This document shows positions 10,046 through 20,019 of a stretch of 64,000 nucleotides of DNA, piece after piece; position 1 is the stretch's first letter, and every line of letters starts with the position of its first letter. Under the pieces are notes generated by a model. That model saw only the letters and a list, made by a program, of their open reading frames with translations. It did not search any database and had not been told where the DNA came from. The DNA lies in the IMG/VR virus record IMGVR_UViG_3300005253_000098, positions 26,527-90,526 of that record; one strand, 5' to 3'. This stretch comes from a virus. Position numbers and translations under genes: made by a program.

Positions 10046-11137
10046 CTAATACGTATCGTAAAGTGTTGCGATATCGTTCACCATTACAGCCAGCATTTCG
10101 TATTGATCGGGTATACCCGAGTAAGCGAGTCCATCATATAGATTGGTAACTGTTGGAGAGACCAAAGACTCATACGCACGGAACACCATCGATTGAACCA
10201 ACGCTCCACGACCATCGAGGTTCGGAGGACCGCTTTCATAGACCGTTCTGGGTAGATAGAACTTGGCTTCGTGTGCCTGAGCAACCGTGAATGCCTCGGC
10301 ACTGGTCAACACAAAGGAGATCGAATTCTCGGCAAGGAAGGTCTGTGGTCCGGTTGCACCTGCTGCACCGAGGAATTTCTCATATTCGTCCTCTGCACCA
10401 TAGGCTGCACCTACATCGTCCTCAAACAGAAAGTCCATATTACCACCAACATCACGTCCACCCTCTCTGACCTTATAGACTGTTCTTTGTCCAAGAACGT
10501 AATCTGGAGTAAGGTTATTTCCTATTTCGAGAGTGAACCTTGTTGCGTGTCTAACTGCGTGTGATCCAATATCTTCTCCTTCAGTTCCGAAAGCTAAAGC
10601 AGCTTCATGGAATCCGTAGAGAATACCGTGATGGAATGTCCCATCGAATCCATAATAAGTAGAAGTAATCGCAGTATCATTAAACTCGTCCAGATGGTAA
10701 GGCGTATCATAATCAGCAGTGGTAATTCCACCTGCCTCACAAGTCAAGCTTAACCTGTCTACACCAGCCCCAGAAATTCGTCTGACACCGAGGTCATCGA
10801 GTCCTAAGTCCAGTGAATAACTGGGGAGATTAAGCTCTGGGTAAAATACATGTTCTGTTGCTCCTGTAGTAGGAGTATCCGCTTCCAATTCAGTTGCACC
10901 CAATGCGGCGAATAGCATCTGCCCAAAGGTTCTTGCATCGATGGCTTCCGCAAATCCACCGGAATCCGTCACGAATTTTCCGGGTGAGAATCGAGTCCTT
11001 GCTCGTGCAACTCCTGGTGGTTCCTGTAAATCGTTAGAAGCTTCAAATTTGGTCGAGTCTACGTCTTTAAAGACCGTGTCAGGTGTTACGTAAACTCCAG
11101 CAGTCGTTTCTTTCTTTATTCCTATTATCCGAGACAT
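10046..11137 (-). CDS. Major tail tube protein
   Basis: N-terminal IGIKKETTAGVY, LPSYSL, F.LEIGNNL and GGRDVGG motifs typical of siphoviral tubes; gene position. Confidence 0.85.
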   Translation of the reverse strand: MSRIIGIKKETTAGVYVTPDTVFKDVDSTKFEASNDLQEPPGVARARTRFSPGKFVTDSGGFAEAIDARTFGQMLFAALGATELEADTPTTGATEHVFYPELNLPSYSLDLGLDDLGVRRISGAGVDRLSLTCEAGGITTADYDTPYHLDEFNDTAITSTYYGFDGTFHHGILYGFHEAALAFGTEGEDIGSHAVRHATRFTLEIGNNLTPDYVLGQRTVYKVREGGRDVGGNMDFLFEDDVGAAYGAEDEYEKFLGAAGATGPQTFLAENSISFVLTSAEAFTVAQAHEAKFYLPRTVYESGPPNLDGRGALVQSMVFRAYESLVSPTVTNLYDGLAYSGIPDQYEMLAVMVNDIATLYDTY

Positions 11138-11201
11138 TTATACCACTTACATATATTATTTACATACATTTTTTATTTGTTTGGCTATCTTAGGATTTCA
11201 T

Positions 11202-13376
11202 TTAAGCAACCCTGTGTTTACGGACAGTTAAAGTTATCTTGAACGCACTGACTCCGGGTTTAGCCTCACTGATAAATATCATTTCTGGTGGGGTTGTTAT
11301 TAAATCTATAGTTCCATTTAGCAATGTCCTTGGAACACTATTAATGAATATCTCATTAAAGTAAGAGAATATCCTTATCTTTTCTATAAACTCTGTATCT
11401 GGATTGAACTTCTCAAATATCATTATTTTGATCGGGATGTTGTGTCCTGGTGTTGTTCCAATCGTATAGTATTGAGCACCTACTGAATCAAAGTCTATTA
11501 CACAGTATGGATGCACTGCTCCCAGTTTCTCGTTCCCAATGAACACATCCGTGAACTCAAACCTCTCCATTTCTATCTTGGTCAACTCATCAGATAACTG
11601 GACTGTCTTTGGTTCTATTACAAAATCCAACATGAGTTTTCGTAGTTCAATCAATAAGTTTGTATAGTTCGTAAAGACCTTACCAATTCTGATATCCGGT
11701 CTAATGACAAACCTGGTCAGGGTTCTTGATTCCCTGGCAGAAATAGACCCGATATCGACCGACCTGGTCAAACTTCTACTTTCTTGAGCAAAGCTTTGAA
11801 CTATTAATGCTATTGCCCTTGATTCCCTCGCTGTTTGCTGGACAGTTCTTGTTAATGTTCTTGATTCTTGAGCAGTAGCCTGAACAATACGTGTAAGAGT
11901 TCTTGATTCTTTTACGGGAGTTAATACACTTCTTGTAAGTGCCCTGGATTCTCTATTAAAAGCTTGCACAGTTAAAGCTAAGGTTCTACTCTCTCTGACA
12001 GTAATACGAACACTCCTGGTGAGTGTCCTACTCTCACGAGCAATGATTCTAACTACTCTCGTAAGTGCTCTTGGTTCCCTGGCGAATTGTTGGATTATCA
12101 GTGCCAAGGTTCTACTTTTTCTATCCGTCAGTATAGCTGATCTTGTAAGTGTTCTCGATATTCTATCTGTTATTTGTGCAGTCCTTACAAGTGTTCTACT
12201 CTCACGAGTTACCTGTTTGACTGTTCTTGTAAGAGTTCTGCTTTCCTTATCAGTCAATATGACTGACCTTGTTAGTGTTCTTGAAACGCGATCGGATATC
12301 TGTGCAGTCCTTGTTAGTGCTCGGCTCTCCCTATCAGTCTGCTGGACTGTCCTGGTCAGGGTTCTTGATTCTTTACTTGGAGCTAATACGGTTCTGGCTA
12401 ATGTTCTTGATTCTTTCGATGCTAAGATTACTGATCGTGTAAGAGTTCTGCTTACTTGATTCATTATCTGTGCAGTTCTTGTAAGTGTCCTTGACTCTCT
12501 TACAGTTATAACAACAGTTCTTGTTAATGTTCTACTCTCTTTATCAGTAAGGATAACATTTCTGGTTAGTGTCCTTGATTCCCTATCACTAATCTGTGCG
12601 GTTCTAACTAATGTTCTTGATTCCTGATCCCAAACTTGCACGGTTCTTGTAAGAGGTCTACTTTCCCTATCATAGACCTGGACTATTAGTGCTAAGGTTC
12701 TACTGACTTTATCTACGATGATTACTGATCTGCTAAGAGTTCTGCTTTCCTTATCAAACCATTGTGCTTCTCTGGTAAGGGTTCGTGATTCTCGATCCCA
12801 AACTTGAACCTCCCTTGTTAGTGTCCTGGATTCTCTGGCTGATAATACTCCAGCCTCAGTCGTGACCTGTGCAGCTAAGGTCGTTGATAAGGCTGATCCT
12901 TGTGTTTCATCATAGAGTCTAAATTCGTATTGTTTATTGTCTAAAGCATTAGACATATCAATAAGAAACTGGAATTCTATACCATTGTTCTGGGTGCCCG
13001 TTACCGAAGCAGTAGTATAAGGAGATTCAGTATCTATTTCGTGAGATTCGGAATCCAGGGTTCCAGACTCACATCCTGCTGAATCTCCAATAGGATCATT
13101 ATTAACTAATAATCCAGCAGACACACCTGTTCTTAATTCTCCAGAACCACTGACTAAATTAGTAAAAGAACCAGCATCAGTAACATTTCTCCACTGAAGA
13201 GTGAACGATGCCGCAGTAGGAGTATGCTTTGTTGAAACTATCCCATACGATAAGATTAGTTTATTAGTCTTGACCCAACCAGTGACATCTACTCCACAAG
13301 CTGCCTCCCAAGTCATAGTAGTTGCATGATCTTTAGCAATCCTACCACCTTCAGAGTCGTAGTCAGATGCAGTCAT
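11202..13376 (-). CDS. Fusion protein: N-terminal beta domain, 27x14-aa repeat shaft and C-terminal tail-terminator-like domain
   Basis: Repeats [RK]ESRTLTRxVxxxx; C-terminal ~150 aa (HPYCVIDFD...FKITLTV) directly before the tube gene. Confidence 0.7.
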   Translation of the reverse strand: MTASDYDSEGGRIAKDHATTMTWEAACGVDVTGWVKTNKLILSYGIVSTKHTPTAASFTLQWRNVTDAGSFTNLVSGSGELRTGVSAGLLVNNDPIGDSAGCESGTLDSESHEIDTESPYTTASVTGTQNNGIEFQFLIDMSNALDNKQYEFRLYDETQGSALSTTLAAQVTTEAGVLSARESRTLTREVQVWDRESRTLTREAQWFDKESRTLSRSVIIVDKVSRTLALIVQVYDRESRPLTRTVQVWDQESRTLVRTAQISDRESRTLTRNVILTDKESRTLTRTVVITVRESRTLTRTAQIMNQVSRTLTRSVILASKESRTLARTVLAPSKESRTLTRTVQQTDRESRALTRTAQISDRVSRTLTRSVILTDKESRTLTRTVKQVTRESRTLVRTAQITDRISRTLTRSAILTDRKSRTLALIIQQFAREPRALTRVVRIIARESRTLTRSVRITVRESRTLALTVQAFNRESRALTRSVLTPVKESRTLTRIVQATAQESRTLTRTVQQTARESRAIALIVQSFAQESRSLTRSVDIGSISARESRTLTRFVIRPDIRIGKVFTNYTNLLIELRKLMLDFVIEPKTVQLSDELTKIEMERFEFTDVFIGNEKLGAVHPYCVIDFDSVGAQYYTIGTTPGHNIPIKIMIFEKFNPDTEFIEKIRIFSYFNEIFINSVPRTLLNGTIDLITTPPEMIFISEAKPGVSAFKITLTVRKHRVA
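11694..12836 (-). repeat. 27 tandem 42-bp (14-aa) coding repeats
   Basis: Counted by eye; one unit has a 3-aa insertion; conserved at protein level, degenerate at DNA level. Confidence 0.9.
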
Positions 13377-13822
13377 TAATAAGTCTCCTCTGACATTATT
13401 ACTTGAATATCATCTATTGAAATAAGTTTTTCAGTGCAGTTCTCTGACCAACCCTCACAATTAGACGAAATACAAGAATAAGGAATAGAAGTCCCTAATG
13501 TGCAGCCCTCATCTCCCAATAAAGGGCAAGGATTCCCTGTTCCCTGCCACTCGTAATCTTTTAGTCTGGATTGGATTTTCTCTAATAATCCCTTAGAGAA
13601 TGGCGAGCCGCCAGTGGAACAGCAGTCCCCACAGCCATTGCATCTCCCATCTTCGGGCTTTACTGCCATAGGCATATATTTCTTGATCCTGGTTATAGTG
13701 CCATCTGGGTTAGTAGTTTTAGTATAAATAAATTGCATCTGAGCTAAAAGCTCAACCCCAGCTAAAACAGTAATATGCCTACCAATAGCCCAATCTGGTA
13801 TTTCAAGTTCTATCTTTACCAA
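13376..13822 (-). CDS. CxxCxxCC cysteine-cluster protein (YkgJ/FliB-N-like)
   Basis: RCNGCGDCC ... CPLLGDEGC ... PYSC. Confidence 0.75.
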   Translation of the reverse strand: MVKIELEIPDWAIGRHITVLAGVELLAQMQFIYTKTTNPDGTITRIKKYMPMAVKPEDGRCNGCGDCCSTGGSPFSKGLLEKIQSRLKDYEWQGTGNPCPLLGDEGCTLGTSIPYSCISSNCEGWSENCTEKLISIDDIQVIMSEETY

Positions 13823-14600
13823 TCACTGTCTCCTCGATATTAGTTGTAATACGAGGAGGTGTTCCCAACTCCGGTAAATCTTCTAATCGACCAAAACGGG
13901 CGATATTTACAGCAACGCTATTTCTCATAGATTTAGGGTCTTTAATAGTTGGCGTTCCATCAGCAAACTGATCCTGTGAGTTAATATTCTCAGTATCCTC
14001 TTGTATGTCAACACCATACTTAATGTTGGCATTTAAAATCCTGGTTATCTGAGGGAAGGCATCTAAGTTGATATTCTCATTCTGGAGCTCTGGATGATTG
14101 TTCGGTAGACCAGCCAGTATTTCTCTGATCCTCTCAAACTTCATCCTTACTGGATGAGCATAAGCAATATGATCGAGCTTCACAAACTTGGCGTCGCCAT
14201 TAGAGTTATAACAGAAACCGATGCGTTCCTCAAAATAACCGACATCTAATCCGATCTGTGAGCCCATAGCAATCTTGCGACCAGCCTTGATATGATAAAA
14301 GAAGCCCTCGATAATCTGATTATTAACTTTCCTGCTGATAGTAATGTTTCTATCACCTGAGATTAATCGTAGAGCTCTGATATTCAGACGTTTCTCCTCT
14401 GGTATGAGATGAAAGTTTTTGTATTGTTTTTTATTTCCAGACGTGCCATCTGCAAAGTTTACTGTCCAGTCAAGAGGTTTAAGAGCATCAAACTGTTGCA
14501 TATATACCGGTGTCGGAAAATGAAAGTTCTTTATACCCACGGTGCTACCATCCGTAACAATATGAATTTTAGGTAAGCGTGCCGGTCTTATGACCCACAA
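13803..14600 (-). CDS. Hypothetical protein (start uncertain)
   Basis: Long ORF overlapping the start of the CxxCxxCC gene. Confidence 0.65.
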   Translation of the reverse strand: MWVIRPARLPKIHIVTDGSTVGIKNFHFPTPVYMQQFDALKPLDWTVNFADGTSGNKKQYKNFHLIPEEKRLNIRALRLISGDRNITISRKVNNQIIEGFFYHIKAGRKIAMGSQIGLDVGYFEERIGFCYNSNGDAKFVKLDHIAYAHPVRMKFERIREILAGLPNNHPELQNENINLDAFPQITRILNANIKYGVDIQEDTENINSQDQFADGTPTIKDPKSMRNSVAVNIARFGRLEDLPELGTPPRITTNIEETVIGKDRT

Positions 14601-14665
14601 ACTTATAAGATGCTCTCATCTTATCCTATCTACTTTAAAAGATTTCTATTTTCGAGTAATCGACA

Positions 14666-15787
14666 ATGACTAAAATCGGACTCTCTATTATCGTAAGTGA
14701 TAGACCGGAAGAATTAGAACGTTGCTTAGAGGCAGCACAGCACCTATATGACCACCTTTCAGTAACTATAGTTCACGCACCTACATTAATAACACAACCC
14801 TGCTTAATAATAGCAGAAAAATACAAAGCTATTGTTTCTCATTATTATACTAATCCCCAGTGGAGACATCATTTTATTGATGATTTCTCAGCTGCTCGCA
14901 ACATATCCTGGAAAGAGTTACCAGAAGACTGTGATTGGATATTCGTGCTCGATACTGATGATAGAATAGAGGATTGTAAGTTAGCCCGAGAAATTGTCTT
15001 AGCACAGAAGTCTCCCGGTGTAGGCTTTGTGAAAATTATCAATAGTGAGGGTGATGGTCACTTTTTACAGCCGAGATTCTGGTCCCATGGAGATGCCCAT
15101 TGGGAACACAGGATGCATGAGCAATTAGAGAAAGATATTGATGATTTACCACAAATCTTTGCTGATAAAATTGTCATTATCCACGACTACGAGAAAGTAG
15201 AAAAGAACAATCGAGAGGAACGCAATCATACCTTAGCCCAAGAAATTATGAAAGAAGGCAATGTTAGTCCACGGTTTAAGTTCTTCTTTGCTGAAAAGCA
15301 ATATATTAAATACCTGAAACAGGGTATCAAAGAGGGAGAAGAATTAAAAGAAGCAGTCGAGATCTTCCATGAGATTACTGGTAAAGATCTTGGTAAAAAA
15401 GATACTATTGCAGTATTCAAAGCTTTTTATTACTTAGCTGATTATTATTCGATCTCAAAAGAAAGAGATTACTTAAGAGCTATCCGCTATGGCTTAGAAG
15501 CCCTCAAACATAATATGGATGATGGTCGACCCTACTTCGTCATTGGTCGAGCACTATACTCTATGAATCACCATGAGCAAGCTATAGTATGGCTTGAACA
15601 TGCTATGAGTCTACCCGATTCTCTTGGACCATTCCCAATCTTTGCTGCGTTCAAAACATGGCTCCCAATCGAACAGATAGCGTTCTGTTATCTAAAATTA
15701 GGAAAAAAAGAGAAAGCTCAAGGCTATCATTCCCGAGCCCGCTACATGAATAAGGAATACGAAAAACACGACAAGGACTTTGACTGA
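14666..15787 (+). CDS. GT2-family glycosyltransferase with C-terminal TPR repeats
   Basis: LSIIV...LERCL, DDFSAARN, DWIFVLDTDD (DxD), WEHRMHEQL, IIHDY, TPR-like helices; only substantial plus-strand gene in the structural block. Confidence 0.9.
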   Translation: MTKIGLSIIVSDRPEELERCLEAAQHLYDHLSVTIVHAPTLITQPCLIIAEKYKAIVSHYYTNPQWRHHFIDDFSAARNISWKELPEDCDWIFVLDTDDRIEDCKLAREIVLAQKSPGVGFVKIINSEGDGHFLQPRFWSHGDAHWEHRMHEQLEKDIDDLPQIFADKIVIIHDYEKVEKNNREERNHTLAQEIMKEGNVSPRFKFFFAEKQYIKYLKQGIKEGEELKEAVEIFHEITGKDLGKKDTIAVFKAFYYLADYYSISKERDYLRAIRYGLEALKHNMDDGRPYFVIGRALYSMNHHEQAIVWLEHAMSLPDSLGPFPIFAAFKTWLPIEQIAFCYLKLGKKEKAQGYHSRARYMNKEYEKHDKDFD

Positions 15788-16462
15788 TTACGTATAGTAA
15801 TACTTATACGTTAACTCACAGCTTGATGCGCCCGCAGTAGAGTCATCTACCACGAACACATGCATAGCAATCCTATTTCCAAAATCAACAGTTCCAATAG
15901 CCGCAGAAAAGGTCAAACTCCTGGTATCTCCCTGTAACTGATACGTAGTAGTAACAGCAGCCTGTGAAGAATAACCAGCAGGTATGGCTCCAATACCAGT
16001 AGTAGAAATAACATTAACGGCAGTTTCAACAGCTCTAAGCTGTGAATGCACCCCCAGATTGGTTGTGCCTGCTAAAATCTCATTAATTGTTGAGTTAAAC
16101 GAGGTATTGTCCCAAGCCTCTAATTCTCCTGCCTGTGATTCTATATCAACAGTGGCTCGTATTCCAAGCGTGTTGGTTGTAGTTGGATTGGAGGCAAACA
16201 TATCAACTGTATAGGAGTCCGTTTCCTGTCCGGGTGCAGGGTCATCAGCATAAATAGTTATCTCGATATCTGTAGATGTATCGACCCAAAGCTCGTCAGC
16301 AATTCTTACCAAGTTAGCTCCAGTAGGAACTGGAATTGGTTTCAAGTCACCATCAGCAGAACCCGCACCAGTAAAGGTAATAGTGGTATTAGTATCAATA
16401 TCCACCCAAACTGGTGTGGTTTCACTTGTAGTTCGCTCAAATACTATAGTTGGTTGTGCCAT
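15788..16462 (-). CDS. Putative virion structural protein (acidic, Thr-rich, beta)
   Basis: Composition and position in the neck/tail region. Confidence 0.6.
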   Translation of the reverse strand: MAQPTIVFERTTSETTPVWVDIDTNTTITFTGAGSADGDLKPIPVPTGANLVRIADELWVDTSTDIEITIYADDPAPGQETDSYTVDMFASNPTTTNTLGIRATVDIESQAGELEAWDNTSFNSTINEILAGTTNLGVHSQLRAVETAVNVISTTGIGAIPAGYSSQAAVTTTYQLQGDTRSLTFSAAIGTVDFGNRIAMHVFVVDDSTAGASSCELTYKYYYT

Positions 16463-16534
16463 TATATTTTTCCTCTTATAAATATTATATATATATTATT
16501 GAAAGTTTCATTTTTTAATGATTCCTATATCTTA

Positions 16535-17494
16535 TTATCGAGATTCTCCTTCTTTAATTAAATCCTTTGCCAGCTGTTCTACGATAGCTCGGGCGATATC
16601 TGCTCCATGATTAGCAATAACCTGTGATTGTAGAGTTTGCATATCTGCAAAGATATTACCTGTTGCTGAATCGTCATTAATACCATAATCTGCATCTGAA
16701 AACTGCTGGGTAAAGTCTTTGGACGGATAACCTGGATGGGTAGTATTAACATCGCCTATATCTTGAGGTGGACCAATTTGAATCAACTGTCGTATTTCCT
16801 TGATTGATCTACTTCTGGGTGGCTTTCTCCTGATCCTTTCAGTCTCTGCTCTACCTGATGTCAGGGCATCGATAAAAGTGGTCTTGAATGGATCCGACAA
16901 AACTTTTTGTCGTTGCTTGCGTATCTCCTCGATTGCCGCACTTGGAGTTATTCTTCTACGAGCAGGTCGATCTCCTCGTTTAGATCTGAACCCCTTAGGA
17001 TCTCCTTTACTCCTATTGGGACTTTTAAGACCAGTCGGGACGTATCTACCTGTGGAGGCTTCTGTTCCCTTATCGTGCCAATGATAGACTTCACCCCAAT
17101 AAGTCCTGCTGACCGTCATAACAATGTTTCCAACTCGATATGTGGCTTTTCTTTTTAAACTTCGTATGGTTGGTAAGTTTCCAGCCATCAGACCTCCCTC
17201 GAAGTTGATTCCCTCCATTACCATTGGCTCATAATCCAACCTATCTTTTCGGGTAGGTGCTTTGGTTCCTCGGAAGCTTTGTGCATTCTGCATAGATTCA
17301 GTGACTATATCGAGCAGATTCTTCCTGAGTTCTGGAATAATGACCCTATTAATCATAGTATCGTAAGAATCTTTTCGCCCTTGACGAACGGCAAGATGCA
17401 TTCTTCTCGAGGGTCTAAAACCCCAGATTATCTTTATGAGTTGAGCATCAGCTGGAGGATTTAAACTGGGTAATCCGGTTGTTTGGACAGGCAC
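16535..17494 (-). CDS. Putative neck/tail-completion protein
   Basis: Basic protein with HDKGT and HPGYP motifs reminiscent of HK97 gp10-like proteins; position. Confidence 0.55.
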   Translation of the reverse strand: MPVQTTGLPSLNPPADAQLIKIIWGFRPSRRMHLAVRQGRKDSYDTMINRVIIPELRKNLLDIVTESMQNAQSFRGTKAPTRKDRLDYEPMVMEGINFEGGLMAGNLPTIRSLKRKATYRVGNIVMTVSRTYWGEVYHWHDKGTEASTGRYVPTGLKSPNRSKGDPKGFRSKRGDRPARRRITPSAAIEEIRKQRQKVLSDPFKTTFIDALTSGRAETERIRRKPPRSRSIKEIRQLIQIGPPQDIGDVNTTHPGYPSKDFTQQFSDADYGINDDSATGNIFADMQTLQSQVIANHGADIARAIVEQLAKDLIKEGESR

Positions 17495-17497
17495 TAA

Positions 17498-18244
17498 TTA
17501 ACCTCCGATATTTCCCCCACCGGGTAATCTTCGGGAAACCGACTTCCCATAGACTGCTGCGATCGTATCCATTGTGAAATCGATCCCAACTGTATCTCCA
17601 GTCTTAGCGAGAATCTCAAATTCAAAAGCCTTACTCTCAAAAGTCCTGACCAAGTTCTCATTATTAATATTGTCTTCCTCGGTCATAGTCCTCTCATGAT
17701 TAGCTGTATAAATAGCGTATGCATGATGTGCTATCCTGAATATCTTAGCCCATATTATAACATCAGAATCTGCCAATGCACTCTTGATCTGATCGATATA
17801 CAAACTCTGAGCAGTGATCTCCATTGATATCGTTGAATTAGGAAGTATGTTCTGTGAGATATTTATCAGATAACCTCGCATCCAGCTAACAGTAATGATC
17901 GTAGGAGTCGTCGTATAATCAAAGGTTTGTATTTGATCGACCTCGAACTTCCTGCTGTTGATAGGAGAATCTGTTCCGAGTGTATAGGAAAATGATATCT
18001 TCCAGCCTCCAGTTGGACCAGCAGATGGTATCGTATAAGAATAATAATATAAACCAACTGCTGTTCGAGTAGCAGCATCCGAAGTTATCAGCTGATTATT
18101 AGCAGAATCGTAAACATCCACTGTTACTGACTGACCGGCAGGATCAGCTAATTTTGCCACTCCATCCCTGACCTGCATAGACCAAGTAAAAATTTCTCCA
18201 TATAATAGAGCTCCGTGTGGTTCCTGAACCGTAAAATCAGTCAT
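17498..18244 (-). CDS. Putative head-tail adaptor with Ig-like N-terminal domain
   Basis: V.VDVYD...GLYYYSYTIP...GGW Ig-like motif followed by a helical C-terminus. Confidence 0.6.
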   Translation of the reverse strand: MTDFTVQEPHGALLYGEIFTWSMQVRDGVAKLADPAGQSVTVDVYDSANNQLITSDAATRTAVGLYYYSYTIPSAGPTGGWKISFSYTLGTDSPINSRKFEVDQIQTFDYTTTPTIITVSWMRGYLINISQNILPNSTISMEITAQSLYIDQIKSALADSDVIIWAKIFRIAHHAYAIYTANHERTMTEEDNINNENLVRTFESKAFEFEILAKTGDTVGIDFTMDTIAAVYGKSVSRRLPGGGNIGG

Positions 18245-18636
18245 TATGTTGGACTCGTAGCTGATCTTACTCCGCCTGTTAAGTTTAGTCCATTAAATAC
18301 CGATATAAAGCCGGCTTGGTTCCCAGCTAAATTAGCAGCCAATTCTAATCTGAATTCTCTGAATCTACTATCAATAGTTACATTCACAGTCGTTACACCA
18401 GCTAACGTGGTCTCTGCTTGTATAAGAGCAGACATAGTCCTGGCACTATTATAGTAACCAGTTATGGTAAACTTTATCACATTAGCAGCATGTGTATTCC
18501 TGATAGAGATAACTGGCTTTCCTGCTACACTATAATCTAAGTGATTAATTGGAGAAACATATACAGTATTACCCGAATACACATCGGTTGTGGTTCCACT
18601 TATTAGTGGATCTAAATGCACAGATTTATTACTCAT
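18244..18636 (-). CDS. Small beta-rich putative virion protein
   Basis: ORF track; coupled to both neighbours. Confidence 0.6.
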   Translation of the reverse strand: MSNKSVHLDPLISGTTTDVYSGNTVYVSPINHLDYSVAGKPVISIRNTHAANVIKFTITGYYNSARTMSALIQAETTLAGVTTVNVTIDSRFREFRLELAANLAGNQAGFISVFNGLNLTGGVRSATSPT

Positions 18637-18896
18637 TCTTCATCTTCCTCATCTATTGGATTACTCGAATCATACCTGTCTGGGTAAGGATATCGTTCCT
18701 TAGGGGACATAGCTGCCCATTTCCGTAATTCTTCCTCAATTACGACATTCTGATCATATCGAGTCTTGATAATCGTAACTAACGCAGGGCTATACTGCTG
18801 ATCATTTAGAGAACGCAAAAGTGTCATTTCCTGAAGCTGTCCGAGGATCTCTTCAAGTGTTTTGATATCCACTTCATTGTTACTATTCTTAATCAT
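18633..18896 (-). CDS. Hypothetical protein
   Basis: ATGA overlaps on both sides. Confidence 0.65.
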   Translation of the reverse strand: MIKNSNNEVDIKTLEEILGQLQEMTLLRSLNDQQYSPALVTIIKTRYDQNVVIEEELRKWAAMSPKERYPYPDRYDSSNPIDEEDEE

Positions 18897-19624
18897 ATTT
18901 CAAACTTTACCTTACTCTTCTTTTTTATAGGGGGTTCGAGTATGTTCTCAGTTTCGGTCAACAGCAATCCGAAGTCTCGCCTGTTAGGACAATCCTGACA
19001 AACTGCCTCAACTTTACCAGAGAACCGAGCTTTGATTCGACCGAGCTCGTCACCCTGACGTTTCATTTGTTGTCTGTATGTGAGAACCTCATCTTTAAAC
19101 TCTTCCTCTATCATTTCTTTTCCAATATTAATACCCTGTTTGATTCCGTTGTCTCGTTCCTCTTTAATCAACATGTTGTAATGATCGTGAACCTTTCCGT
19201 CCTCACTTCTATATTTCTGGTTCTGTTTGAGCACATTTCTCTTAGCTTCACGTTCCATCTCATTAAAAAATAAACTAAATCTGTATGACCACCTGGTCTT
19301 ATATTCAGTCCTCAGACGATCAATACCCCAGAAAAACATCAACAATGCTAATACAATCAATGCTACAAATACATAGAACAGTCCTTCTTGACCTAATCTA
19401 AGGGATAGGAGCTGAGCTCCTACGGTGGACATGGCGCCAATAAAGAACCACTTGACCAACCATTCTGCAAGAATAATAACCCTTATTTTTCGTATTCCTT
19501 TAGTGAACCCATCCATTCGTTTTCTTTCTCTCTTAAGAAGTTGAGTTGTTTCCCTTGCCTGTTCCGTATAACTTGGAGATCTTATTATCCCTTCAATAAT
19601 ACCAGAGTCATCATTTTGTGACAT
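18893..19624 (-). CDS. Two-TM membrane protein with coiled-coil C-terminus
   Basis: Two hydrophobic helices; start placed at MSQND (19624) after a GGA-rich RBS. Confidence 0.7.
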   Translation of the reverse strand: MSQNDDSGIIEGIIRSPSYTEQARETTQLLKRERKRMDGFTKGIRKIRVIILAEWLVKWFFIGAMSTVGAQLLSLRLGQEGLFYVFVALIVLALLMFFWGIDRLRTEYKTRWSYRFSLFFNEMEREAKRNVLKQNQKYRSEDGKVHDHYNMLIKEERDNGIKQGINIGKEMIEEEFKDEVLTYRQQMKRQGDELGRIKARFSGKVEAVCQDCPNRRDFGLLLTETENILEPPIKKKSKVKFEI

Positions 19625-19946
19625 CCTTTCGTCCACCAGTTTTTTGCTTCTTTTCAAGTTCATATAATGTTTGAATATGTGGTAAATTTTCAACCGAAAC
19701 ACCGAATACATTTGATATCGTGTAAAACAACTTATATAAAGTATCCGACAACATCAATAACTCCTCCGGTGTGGAACCATCTGCCATCTCTCTTACACTG
19801 GTGGCTAAATCAAAACCATTCTTCGTAAGGACAGGCATAAGATGTCTTCTCTTAGCTCCACGTAAATAGACAAGAATTAAGGCTAATATAGCAAGTATTG
19901 CTATGATCCATGGTAAATATGAGAGTGTGTCATCTACAGTAATCAC
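19611..19946 (-). CDS. Small single-TM membrane protein (holin-like candidate)
   Basis: LPWIIAILAILALILVYL followed by basic residues; GGTGA RBS. Confidence 0.65.
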   Translation of the reverse strand: MITVDDTLSYLPWIIAILAILALILVYLRGAKRRHLMPVLTKNGFDLATSVREMADGSTPEELLMLSDTLYKLFYTISNVFGVSVENLPHIQTLYELEKKQKTGGRKDVTK

Positions 19947-20019
19947 TAATGGTCACCAAATAATAGAAGAGAAAGGGAATATAAAAATATTCCGACTAAT
20001 AACTTATAGAGAAAACGAC

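Noticed and set aside
11694-12836. 42-bp repeats as a CRISPR array or DGR template
   Set aside because: In-frame coding repeats that vary at synonymous positions; no reverse transcriptase seen in the window.
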